DNA of 64,000 nt, taken from positions 12,208-76,207 of the forward strand of contig CALJVA010000048.1 of assembly GCA_937975135.1 (NCBI GenBank), given 5' to 3'. Source of the stretch: an uncultured Thermoactinomycetaceae bacterium. Lineage in GTDB: Bacteria; Bacillota; Bacilli; Thermoactinomycetales; CALJVA01. Below are positions 9,615 to 18,458 of the stretch, one piece after another (the first letter of the stretch is position 1; each line of letters opens with the position of its first letter). The notes under the pieces were generated by a model that saw only the letters and a program-made list of their open reading frames with translations, was not told the origin of the DNA and ran no database searches. A program made the position numbers and the translations under genes.

Positions 9615-9875
9615 ATGGAAGTATTAAAAGTTTCAGCAAAGTCCAGCCCGAATTCTGTTGCAGGTGCATTGGCCGGCGTATTGCGTGAGCGTGGGGCAGC
9701 CGAGATCCAAGCGATTGGTGCCGGTGCATTGAATCAAGCTGTGAAGGCGGTTGCGATTGCACGAGGATTTGTGGCTCCTAGTGGACTCGATCTGATTTGT
9801 ATACCGGCATTTACTGATATTATGATCGATGGTGAAGAGCGCACAGCCATCAAATTGATCGTAGAGCCTCGCTAA
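9615..9875 (+). CDS. spoVS: Stage V sporulation protein S
   Basis: MEVLKVSAKSSPNSVAGALAGVLRE... is a typical 86-aa SpoVS. RBS GAGGAGG upstream. Confidence 0.97.
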   Translation: MEVLKVSAKSSPNSVAGALAGVLRERGAAEIQAIGAGALNQAVKAVAIARGFVAPSGLDLICIPAFTDIMIDGEERTAIKLIVEPR

Positions 9876-9996
9876 TCCTGAAGATAAGTGCGCCACAAAG
9901 ATGGTGAAATAACCCATAACTCTTCTTCATGATTGGCGGGTTGGGAAATTATTCCTTCAACTTATGATGGGATTTCACCATGTGCTTGACAGACGG

Positions 9997-10030
9997 AACC
10001 TGTTTATCTTGTATAGACAGGTTTTCTTTT
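9997..10030 (+). terminator. Terminator after spoVS
   Basis: AACCTGT...ACAGGTT stem followed by TTTCTTTT. Confidence 0.7.
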
Positions 10031-10050
10031 GATAGGAGGTTTTAAATAGA

Positions 10051-10995
10051 TTGCGCTTTATTGATGGTCATTGTGATGTATTGTATAAATTATGGGATGG
10101 TGTAGATCCCAAAGATTTTTATGGCAAGGAAAGCAAATTGGATGTTACTTATCCAATGGCACAGAAAGCGCACCTTGCCATGCAAGTATTTGCTATTTTT
10201 GTACCGCCAGAGATTCCAAAAGCGCAAGCCTGGCAGGTAGCTTTGCAGCAAATTGACCATTTTTATGAGGGAATTGTAGGTGATAAAAATTATGTGGTTC
10301 CGGTTTTAAACCGGGACGATTTGGCCGCCTTACAACAAGGGGATAAATTAGGAGGGCTGTTGCTCTTGGAAGGAGTGGATGCCCTTCAGGGAGAGCTGCT
10401 TTATCTGCGGATTCTCCACCGCTTAGGAGTAAGGCAAGTAGGACTTACATGGAATTATGCCAATGAAGCGGCAGATGGAATTGAGGAAGAACGGGGAGGC
10501 GGTCTTACTCGCTTTGGTCGAGAGTTGGTAAAAGAGATGAGCCGTTTGTCGATGATTTTAGATGTTTCTCATCTATCGATCAAAGGATTTTGGGAAGTGA
10601 TGGAGTCGACTGAGCTCCCTGTGGTCGCCTCTCATTCCAACTGCCGGGCCGTTTGTTCTCATAAGCGAAACCTGGAGGATGATCAGATTAAGGCCTTGAT
10701 TGCACGAGATGGAAGGATTGGTATCACCTTTGTGCCCAAGTTCCTTCGAGATTCTCCTGAAGAGGTGATGTTGGACGATCTTCTTCGCCACATTGATCAT
10801 GTGTGCAGTCTTGGTGGTGCTGATCATCTTACATTCGGTTCTGACTTTGATGGGATTGATGATAAAGTCCCAGGGTTGGAGAATTTGGGACAACTGCACA
10901 ATTTGATCGATCGTCTGATCGCCCGTTATCCGGAACCATTAGTACAAAAATGGACCTTTGAAAATTGGTATCGCTTTTATAACAATGTGCTTTAA
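10051..10995 (+). CDS. Membrane (renal-type, M19) dipeptidase family protein
   Basis: IDGHCD, LTWNYANE, DVSHLS, SHSN and FGSDFDG motifs of peptidase family M19. TTG start. Confidence 0.85.
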   Translation: MRFIDGHCDVLYKLWDGVDPKDFYGKESKLDVTYPMAQKAHLAMQVFAIFVPPEIPKAQAWQVALQQIDHFYEGIVGDKNYVVPVLNRDDLAALQQGDKLGGLLLLEGVDALQGELLYLRILHRLGVRQVGLTWNYANEAADGIEEERGGGLTRFGRELVKEMSRLSMILDVSHLSIKGFWEVMESTELPVVASHSNCRAVCSHKRNLEDDQIKALIARDGRIGITFVPKFLRDSPEEVMLDDLLRHIDHVCSLGGADHLTFGSDFDGIDDKVPGLENLGQLHNLIDRLIARYPEPLVQKWTFENWYRFYNNVL

Positions 10996-11020
10996 GGGTA
11001 TAGGGCGAGAAGATAAGAAG

Positions 11021-11049
11021 ACCACCCTCTGCAATGGGGGTGGTTTTTT
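11021..11049 (+). terminator. Terminator after dipeptidase
   Basis: ACCACCC-tctgcaat-GGGGGTGGT followed by TTTTTT. Confidence 0.85.
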
Positions 11050-11311
11050 CATGGGTTTGCGAAACCCTGGTATCTGATTTTTATGCTAAAATAGAGTAAG
11101 AAAAGGGAGAATGAAAGGAGTAACATGAATTCGTGTGAATCGAAGGTTGCTTTTTGTTCCAAAGGGGAATAGAATTGTGATGATAAAAAATATACCGCAT
11201 CTCCATCCTGCGAAACATAAAATTAGATAAACTGATGGCGATGGGGTTATAAAACTGTGTATAAAGAAAATTCCAGTTTGCCTGTAGGGAGTATCTAAAG
11301 GAGATGAGCTC

Positions 11312-13072
11312 ATGATCAAGCAGTTGTCATGGAAAGTGGGCGGACAACAGGGGGAGGGGATTGAAAGCACTGGTGAGATTTTTTGCTTGGCCCTCAACCG
11401 CATGGGATATTATTTATATGGATATCGTCATTTTTCCTCTCGAATTAAAGGTGGACATTCCAACAACAAAATTCGGATTAGCACAAAACCAGTTGGTTCA
11501 ATTTCAGATGATTTAAATGTCCTGGTGGCATTTGATCAGGAAACCATTGATCTCAACGCCCACGAGTTGGTGGAGGGCGGGGTGATCTTGGCAGATGCTA
11601 AATTTAATCCAGTTGTCCCCGAAAATGTGCCCGCACGATTGTTTGCAGTTCCCTTTACAGAAATTGCCCAAGAAGTAGGCATGGCTCAGATGAAAAATAT
11701 GGTTGCTGTAGGTGCTTCCAGTGCACTACTTGGATTTTCTGTCGAGTCTTTTCAGGAAGTAATTGAGGAGAAGTTTTTGCGCAAAGGTCAACAGATTGTT
11801 GATAAAAATATGGAAGCAATTAAGCGTGGTGCCCAATATATTTTGGACGAAACAGGAGGGCCATTAGAGGAGCTTCAGTTGGAGCCTGCTGATGGGAAGA
11901 AGCGACTCTATATGATCGGGAACGATGCGATTGCATTGGGAGCCTTGGCTGCTGGTTGTCGTTTGATGGCTGCCTATCCAATTACACCTTCTTCAGAAAT
12001 TATGGAATATCTTATTAAGAAGCTACCTGAGTTTGGTGGAACGGTTGTGCAAACGGAAGATGAGCTGGCGGCGATTACGATGGTGATTGGTGCAAATTAT
12101 GGTGGAGTACGGGCACTCACCGCTTCAGCGGGTCCGGGATTATCCTTGATGACTGAAGCAATCGGTCTTTCAGGAATGACAGAGACGCCAGCAGTTATTG
12201 TGAATACACAGCGGGGGGGACCAAGTACTGGTTTACCTACCAAGCAAGAACAGAGCGATATTCTCGCCATGCTGTATAGCACACACGGGGAAATTCCCAA
12301 AATTGTCATCGCGCCCAGCACAGTAGAAGAATGCTTCTATGATACAATCCAAGCATTTAACTTGGCTGAGAAATATCAGTGTCCGGTAATTATTCTTTCC
12401 GATTTGGCCCTATCCTTAGGAAAACAGACGGTAGAGCCTTTGGATTATGACCGGATTGAAATCGAGCGAGGAAAATTAATAACAGATGAAAGTGAATTGC
12501 CGGAACTGGGCAATTCCGAATTGTTCCCCCGTTACAAGAATACTGAGGATGGAATTTCTCCTCGTGTTCTACCAGGGATGAAAAATGGATTGCACCATGT
12601 GACGGGTGTAGAGCATGATGAGACGGGACGTCCTTCAGAGAAGGCTGACAACCGGAAAATGATGATGGAAAAACGGCTTAGCAAGCTTGAGGATGGAATC
12701 GATTTCCATGAACCAGTTTTTGTCGATGCAGAGCATGAAGAAGCCGATCTGTTGATGGTAGGTCTTTGCTCGACTCGTGGAACCATCCAAGAGGTAAAAG
12801 AGCGACTGGAGGCAGAGGGGATCAAGGTGAACCATGCTCATGTACGCCAAGTTCTGCCCTTCCCTACAGAAGAAATGCTTGAGCAAATGAAACGGGCCAA
12901 AAAAGTGGTTGTAGTAGAGAATAATATGACAGGTCAATTGGCGGCGCTATTAAAGCTCTATGTAGGAATGGCCGAAAAAATTGTAGAGATCGGGAAATAT
13001 GATGGTAATCCTTTCCTTCCAGCAGAAGTTTACAATCAGTGTAAGGAGCTGATGGTTCATGGCCACGTTTAA
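11312..13072 (+). CDS. korA: 2-oxoacid (2-oxoglutarate):ferredoxin oxidoreductase, alpha subunit
   Basis: Fused gamma/alpha-type domains (GGQQGEGI..., AYPITPSSEI). Overlaps the beta subunit gene by 14 nt. Confidence 0.88.
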   Translation: MIKQLSWKVGGQQGEGIESTGEIFCLALNRMGYYLYGYRHFSSRIKGGHSNNKIRISTKPVGSISDDLNVLVAFDQETIDLNAHELVEGGVILADAKFNPVVPENVPARLFAVPFTEIAQEVGMAQMKNMVAVGASSALLGFSVESFQEVIEEKFLRKGQQIVDKNMEAIKRGAQYILDETGGPLEELQLEPADGKKRLYMIGNDAIALGALAAGCRLMAAYPITPSSEIMEYLIKKLPEFGGTVVQTEDELAAITMVIGANYGGVRALTASAGPGLSLMTEAIGLSGMTETPAVIVNTQRGGPSTGLPTKQEQSDILAMLYSTHGEIPKIVIAPSTVEECFYDTIQAFNLAEKYQCPVIILSDLALSLGKQTVEPLDYDRIEIERGKLITDESELPELGNSELFPRYKNTEDGISPRVLPGMKNGLHHVTGVEHDETGRPSEKADNRKMMMEKRLSKLEDGIDFHEPVFVDAEHEEADLLMVGLCSTRGTIQEVKERLEAEGIKVNHAHVRQVLPFPTEEMLEQMKRAKKVVVVENNMTGQLAALLKLYVGMAEKIVEIGKYDGNPFLPAEVYNQCKELMVHGHV

Positions 13073-13925
13073 AGATTTCCGCAACAAGGTAAAACCGAAT
13101 TGGTGCCCCGGTTGTGGTGACTTCTCTGTCTTGGCTGCGATGCAGCGTGCTTTTGCCAATTTGGGCCTTGAACCGGAAGACGTAGCAATTGTATCGGGAA
13201 TTGGTTGTTCCGGTCGAATCTCGGGTTACATTAATGCCTATGGCTTCCATGGTGTTCATGGACGGGCACTTCCCATTGCACAAGGACTAAAGTTGGCCAA
13301 TCGGAATTTAACAGTAGTTGCAGCCGGTGGGGATGGAGATGGCTACGCAATCGGTCTTGGACATACCCTTCATGCGATCCGTCGCAATATCGATATTACT
13401 TATATTGTGATGGATAACCATGTGTACGGTCTGACAAAAGGGCAAACTTCGCCGCGAAGCGATGTCGGTTTTAAGACGTCAAGCACTCCGAAAGGAGCTG
13501 TTGAATCAAAGATCGCTCCAATGGAAATGGCCTTAACAGCAGGAGCCGGCTTTGTCGCTCAAGCTTTCTCTAGTGACGTAAAGCAGATGACCCGTCTGAT
13601 TGAAGAGGGAATCAAGCATAAAGGATTTTCGATCATTAACGTATATAGCCCCTGTGTGACCTATAATAAAGTGAATACCTATGATTGGTTCCGCGAAAAT
13701 TTAGTCAATCTTGATGAAGATGAGTCTTATGATCCAACTAACAAGGCCATGGCCATGCAGAAGCTGATGGAACATGATGGACGGGTAACGGGGCTTATCT
13801 ATCAAAATAAAGAGTTGCAGCCCTATGAAGATTTAGTGCCAGGCTTTAGCAAAGAGCCACTTGTGGATAAAGATTTGAAATTACCACGTGAAAAATTTGA
13901 ACAACTACTTACCGAATTTATGTAA
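13059..13925 (+). CDS. korB: 2-oxoacid (2-oxoglutarate):ferredoxin oxidoreductase, beta subunit
   Basis: WCPGCGDF, GIGCSGR and TPP-binding GGDGDGYAIG motifs. Confidence 0.9.
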   Translation: MATFKDFRNKVKPNWCPGCGDFSVLAAMQRAFANLGLEPEDVAIVSGIGCSGRISGYINAYGFHGVHGRALPIAQGLKLANRNLTVVAAGGDGDGYAIGLGHTLHAIRRNIDITYIVMDNHVYGLTKGQTSPRSDVGFKTSSTPKGAVESKIAPMEMALTAGAGFVAQAFSSDVKQMTRLIEEGIKHKGFSIINVYSPCVTYNKVNTYDWFRENLVNLDEDESYDPTNKAMAMQKLMEHDGRVTGLIYQNKELQPYEDLVPGFSKEPLVDKDLKLPREKFEQLLTEFM

Positions 13926-13932
13926 CCAGGAA

Positions 13933-13969
13933 GAAAAGCCATTTCCCCAGAAGGGGAAGTGGCTTTTTT
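13933..13969 (+). terminator. Strong terminator after korB
   Basis: AAAAGCCATTTCCCC-agaa-GGGGAAGTGGCTTTT followed by a T-run. Confidence 0.9.
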
Positions 13970-14214
13970 CTGTGCAAGGGAGCAGGAGAATCGTAGAATT
14001 AGATGTAATTTTATATTCTATTTTTTATTTCCCTTCAATCCTTTGGTTTATATATAATAGTATATAGGTTGATGTCCTAATGCTACTTCCTTATACTTTA
14101 TTAGTGTACTAGGTGATTCTACGAGATTTCTATAGAGATATAGAAGTCTTTTTCCATCAAAGGGATTGTTTTGAAGATGCTCTGTAATTTGTAATTCGAT
14201 GCTTAGTTAAAAAT

Positions 14215-15543
14215 TTGAGGAGAAAGGATCGAAGGGAATTGAGCTCCTTGTTGGGCGAAATAGGTATATTTACATCTATTCTTTTGGGATTCCAAACCAT
14301 AGTCTTTTTTGCTTCGATTTTTTGGCTTGCTCAAAGGATCATAATGGAAAGAAAGGCTTTCAAGGAAGTAGCAGAGAGTCTTCGCTTAATGGCAAATCCT
14401 GATCCAGAGCAATTGGAAGAGATTTTTACTAAGGTAGAAGGATCCCGCTATTATACGCTTTGGCATCGTTATCGTCAGCGTATTCCTATTCGTGAACCAT
14501 ACCAAGAGGCCTTTAATACATATTTTGATGCTGAAGCGATGCGGAGAGTGCTCGGATATCGCTCTGAGGTGGAAACCGTTTCCCAAGTTCATATTGCCTT
14601 GGGTGTACTGGGCTCCTTATTCAGTGTTGTCTGGACTTGGTCAGGGGGTGGAATCGATCCAGAAGGTATATTTACCGCACTGTATCCCTTTTTATGGGGA
14701 GTTATTCTTTTGGTAGTATGGCTGATCGTAGATCGGATTCTTGTATCTCCCTTAGAGGGAAAGGTAGAACATCACACTGGAATGCTGGAAGATGTGCTGT
14801 TAAGGGCTCATCATGGTCAGTGGATGGAAAAATGGAAGCAAGAGTTTGTGGCGGCTCTGGAAAACGGTTTGTCTCCCCTTTTGCAACAAATGAAGCGGAT
14901 CGAAGAAGAAAGAATGGAAGAGCGGGAAGGAGTGTTGGAACTGCTCCGCTCTATTGAGCACTCACTGCAAACCATGGAAAGGGAAGGGGCAAGGCATGAG
15001 GCCCATTTCACAGAGCAGATGGAGAACCTGGGTCTTCTGATACATACCATGCAGGAAGTAACGACTGAGCTAGTAAGCGTCATTCCGAAGTTAGAAGATG
15101 TTGTACAAGGTATCGATACTTTAAAAGAAGGGCTAGGGGAGATGCAAGAGGGGCAGCAGCAAACATTGATGGAACTTGCAACGGAAAGAGAGGAACACAA
15201 TGGGCTGCTCCAGCAGACGATGCAGGAAATGGAAGATCATGTGAAGGGAATATCCAAACAAGTAGCAAGTATGCAAGAGCAATGGACAGGAATCAAGGAT
15301 GAGTTTATAGAGTTACGAAGAAATCTAGAGCGATCTGGGGAAAAATTTGCTTCTGATATTCATAATGGACTGGATAAAACCTTTGATCATTTTGATCGCG
15401 AATTAACCGAAGCGATGAAGAAGTTTAGTCAGTTAAATCGCCGCTTTACAGATAGTCATGAAAAGCTATTGAGAGAATTGGAAGAGCTACCGAGAAGGTT
15501 GGAGAGTGTTATACAATCCAAAGAGTGTGATGGTAAACAATAG
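14215..15543 (+). CDS. MotA/ExbB-topology membrane protein with long C-terminal coiled-coil tail (ZorA-like)
   Basis: TM1, ~85-aa loop, TM2 (HIALGVLGSLFSVVW), 9-aa loop, TM3, then ~265 aa of Q/E/M-rich coiled coil. No in-frame ATG near the 5' end; TTG candidates at 14215/14239/14248, so the start is uncertain. Confidence 0.65.
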   Translation: MRRKDRRELSSLLGEIGIFTSILLGFQTIVFFASIFWLAQRIIMERKAFKEVAESLRLMANPDPEQLEEIFTKVEGSRYYTLWHRYRQRIPIREPYQEAFNTYFDAEAMRRVLGYRSEVETVSQVHIALGVLGSLFSVVWTWSGGGIDPEGIFTALYPFLWGVILLVVWLIVDRILVSPLEGKVEHHTGMLEDVLLRAHHGQWMEKWKQEFVAALENGLSPLLQQMKRIEEERMEEREGVLELLRSIEHSLQTMEREGARHEAHFTEQMENLGLLIHTMQEVTTELVSVIPKLEDVVQGIDTLKEGLGEMQEGQQQTLMELATEREEHNGLLQQTMQEMEDHVKGISKQVASMQEQWTGIKDEFIELRRNLERSGEKFASDIHNGLDKTFDHFDRELTEAMKKFSQLNRRFTDSHEKLLRELEELPRRLESVIQSKECDGKQ

Positions 15544-15614
15544 AAGTATGTTCAACAATCCCTTTCATTGGAATGAATCTTTGATGATGAGGGAATCCCG
15601 TAGGTTGTTTTCAT

Positions 15615-15640
15615 CCCCAAAGCTGAAGCTTGGGGGTTTT
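15615..15640 (+). terminator. Terminator-like hairpin between the ZorA-like and MotB-like genes
   Basis: CCCCAAAG...CTTGGGGG (one internal mismatch) followed by TTTTCAAAAT. Confidence 0.5.
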
Positions 15641-15708
15641 CAAAATCCATTAGATAGAATACTAAACACCTGAACATTTTTTGTGCAGCAAAGGGATGAT
15701 ACAAGTCC

Positions 15709-16365
15709 ATGAGGATTACAAGGGAGAGAGGAAGAGAATCGGGCCGGTTCCTTTTCTATATCAATGTTTTTGGAACAGTGCTTTTAGGAATTTTTTTTAT
15801 TTACGCTTTAGTTCATGCTCATGATTTGGAGCAGCCAGAGAAAAAAGAAAAGTCGATTTCAAAGGTTGTAAAGGAAAAGAGCGAAGAAGCGAGTAATCTG
15901 GATCGGATCGCCCAAACTCTTGCAAAACAGGGAGCAGTGGTCGACCTTGAGGTTGAAAAGGGGGTGATTCGTTTTCCACAGCGGATTTTGTTTGACTTTG
16001 ATTCTGCGATTCTCTCCAAGGAAGGCAAGGAAATTTTGCAGCAACACCTTCCTCTGTATTTGAGAGTTTTGATGGAAGAGTCTTATTGTGATGAGGTTGC
16101 CGCCTTGGTGATCGAAGGGCATACCGATGATAAGGGCTCTTATGCCTATAATATGAAATTATCGCAAGAGCGGGCTAATGCGGTATTTCAGTATCTCTAC
16201 AGTGAACAATTTCCCCCTTTTGACGGGAAAGGGTGCTCGCAACTCCCCGTGTTGGTACAGGGAGCAGGGCCTAGTATTCCTGTTTATACGGAGGAGAAGT
16301 ATGATGCTGCCCAATCCCGTCGAGTAGAAATTTTGTTTCAGTTGAAAAAGGAAGTGGATGAATGA
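15709..16365 (+). CDS. MotB/OmpA-family protein: single TM helix + peptidoglycan-binding domain (ZorB-like)
   Basis: Basic N-terminus, TM helix FLFYINVFGTVLLGIFFIYALV, and OmpA_C motifs FDFDSA, EGHTDDKGS, NMKLSQERANAV and SRRVEI. Confidence 0.85.
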   Translation: MRITRERGRESGRFLFYINVFGTVLLGIFFIYALVHAHDLEQPEKKEKSISKVVKEKSEEASNLDRIAQTLAKQGAVVDLEVEKGVIRFPQRILFDFDSAILSKEGKEILQQHLPLYLRVLMEESYCDEVAALVIEGHTDDKGSYAYNMKLSQERANAVFQYLYSEQFPPFDGKGCSQLPVLVQGAGPSIPVYTEEKYDAAQSRRVEILFQLKKEVDE

Positions 16366-17621
16366 GGTATGTGTATCACCCAGTCCGGTTGCGTGCTTGG
16401 GTGAGAGAAGAGATAGTTGGGGAGGAGGCTTTGTTCGAGTTTTCATTGCCCCCGCAGTTAGAGCCTTTAAAAGAAGGCTTTGCTCAGGCTCGGGCGCGGG
16501 GTCAGATGGTATTGGACAGATGGGTACGAGGTTTAAGCCGTTTGGAGAAGTGCCTCTTGCCCATTCTGTTTATCTTGGATGAGCGGGAAAAGGGCCGCTT
16601 GGTACTGCGGCCTTATATTTACCGTCAATTGAGAGATTGGCGTACTTTTCCTTTCCTTGTTGGCTTTCTATACCAAAGGGGTGTTTGCTTTCTATACCAG
16701 CAGGATCAAGAACATTGGTACCAATTGATGTGGATGTGGATTCGGAAAGCTTATTTCTATCGCCAAGAAGAGATTGAGAAAAGGATGACGCCACGTCAAG
16801 TAAAAAGGTGGAGAAAGTGGCTTAGTCATCCAATGAACCCGATTAAACACCTCGTTGAAATGGCTCTTAAAGAAGCAAGGTATTTTGATGTCATCGAAGA
16901 GGTAGGCTTAACTTCCGATTACCCTTTTTTCCACCGCGTGTGGAAAGTGACTTTATGTGAGGCACCCCTGGAGTTTTTTAAGCGCGAAAAGAAGCTTTGT
17001 CTAGCCTTGTTTGCTCAAGGAACTTCTTCTTTCCGGGAAAAGATGGTGATACATCTTGTGCAGCGAGAGATCCTTGATGAAGTGCCTGAATTAGGGGATT
17101 TAATCTATGAAATAATGAAGACTTATCGGATGGAACCTCACCTATGGGTAAATATTCCAGAACGTGAGCGGCGGAATTTTCACAATTGGGTGGTACGCCG
17201 AAAGAAAGAGAAGTTCTCTGACTTCTACGATTATTTCCATGAACGTGTCCGGTATTGGCGAAAGTTTATTTACCGAGTACAGAAGGTAGTACCACTATTT
17301 AGGAGAGGAGAAAAAGCATTTTTGCTTTATTTTTCTGATGTTGTTGTGATGGAGCCGATTCAGGGGAAGCAAGCGGGGGCAGCCTATGTATATAGGCACT
17401 CCATTTTCCACAAAGAATTTGGGAAATTAGTAGAGGAGTGGGAGCAGAATAAGAAGATAAGGCTGAAAGATTTTCGTAATTTGGATTTAATTGCAACCGA
17501 GCACAAACTTGATCATCGTAAAAAGGAAGGTATGACTTGGCAAGAATTCTTTGACAAACAACTTTCTACTTGTTTAGGATGGGATGTGTCCGAGGACGAT
17601 GAGAAGGAGGAGCGTGAATGA
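16362..17621 (+). CDS. Uncharacterised 419-aa Trp/Arg/Tyr-rich soluble protein
   Basis: ATGA overlap with both the upstream and downstream genes. No TM segment and an acidic C-terminal tail. No family recognisable by eye. Confidence 0.75.
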   Translation: MRYVYHPVRLRAWVREEIVGEEALFEFSLPPQLEPLKEGFAQARARGQMVLDRWVRGLSRLEKCLLPILFILDEREKGRLVLRPYIYRQLRDWRTFPFLVGFLYQRGVCFLYQQDQEHWYQLMWMWIRKAYFYRQEEIEKRMTPRQVKRWRKWLSHPMNPIKHLVEMALKEARYFDVIEEVGLTSDYPFFHRVWKVTLCEAPLEFFKREKKLCLALFAQGTSSFREKMVIHLVQREILDEVPELGDLIYEIMKTYRMEPHLWVNIPERERRNFHNWVVRRKKEKFSDFYDYFHERVRYWRKFIYRVQKVVPLFRRGEKAFLLYFSDVVVMEPIQGKQAGAAYVYRHSIFHKEFGKLVEEWEQNKKIRLKDFRNLDLIATEHKLDHRKKEGMTWQEFFDKQLSTCLGWDVSEDDEKEERE

Positions 17622-18355
17622 AGTGGACGGTGTTGGGGTACCAATCTCCCTATCCAGGACCTCAGGGAGCAACTCCTGGGTATCTGTTGGAGGTGGAAGG
17701 AAAGCGAATTCTTGTTGATTGTGGCAGTGGGGTACTGGCCCAGTTGTCCCAGTATTGCCGGCCGGATCAACTGGATGCGGTTTTCTTATCCCATTTACAC
17801 CATGATCATATTGCTGACTTTTTTGTTCTGCAGTATAGCTTGTTAACGGCAAAAAGATTGGGGAGGCGGAGCAAGCCGCTTCCCGTTTTTGCACCTTTGA
17901 CACCAGAAAAATGGGGTCGACTTCTTCCATATCATGAGCACATTCAGTTAACGGAAATTCGAGAGGGGATGGAAGTAGAGATCGACTCACTGAAGGTTTC
18001 TTTTTACCAAACAGATCACGGCGTTCCTTGTTTTGCGATGGTTTTTACCGTTAATGGATTAACCACTCTTTACGGAGCTGATTCCGGTCCTAAAACAGAT
18101 TGGAGAAGAATGACTCATCGACCTGATTTGTTCATTTGTGAAGCTACATTTTTGGAACAAAATCGACCCAAGGAGTCCCTAGGTCACTTAAGTGCGAAGC
18201 AAGCTGGGGAGGCTGCCACAAGAATTGGAGCGAAGCGGTTATTGCTTACACACTTTTTTCCTGAATTTGATCCCGAAGCGGTAGCAGAAGAAGGGAAAGC
18301 ATCCTTTTCAGGGGAGTTATGGATCGCCCATTGTGGACAGGTAATCTCTTTGTGA
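17618..18355 (+). CDS. MBL-fold metallo-hydrolase (YhfI/RNase Z-like small form)
   Basis: ILVDCGSG, HLHHDH (HxHxDH), and downstream TDH and THF metal-ligand positions. Start overlaps the preceding stop (ATGA). Confidence 0.85.
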   Translation: MKWTVLGYQSPYPGPQGATPGYLLEVEGKRILVDCGSGVLAQLSQYCRPDQLDAVFLSHLHHDHIADFFVLQYSLLTAKRLGRRSKPLPVFAPLTPEKWGRLLPYHEHIQLTEIREGMEVEIDSLKVSFYQTDHGVPCFAMVFTVNGLTTLYGADSGPKTDWRRMTHRPDLFICEATFLEQNRPKESLGHLSAKQAGEAATRIGAKRLLLTHFFPEFDPEAVAEEGKASFSGELWIAHCGQVISL

Positions 18356-18458
18356 CTGGGAAATGTCCACTATATAAGGACATATTCATTTCCATTCTTC
18401 ATGGGAACTGCTATAATCCTTAGTAGATCACAACATTGGAAAGAAGGAAGTGTCCGCC

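Noticed and set aside
11110-11175. Short ORF (MNSCESKVAFCSKGE) with AAAGGAG upstream, in the korA leader region.
   Set aside because: It is only 15 codons, the RBS spacing is short (4 nt), and there is no associated attenuator structure. The evidence is insufficient.
13988-14124. Inverted repeat TCGTAGAAT / ATTCTACGA flanking ~115 bp of AT-rich DNA upstream of the ZorA-like gene, considered as a possible invertible promoter switch.
   Set aside because: The core is only 9 bp. By a rough estimate, a match of this length within ~250 bp is plausibly chance. No invertase gene is adjacent.
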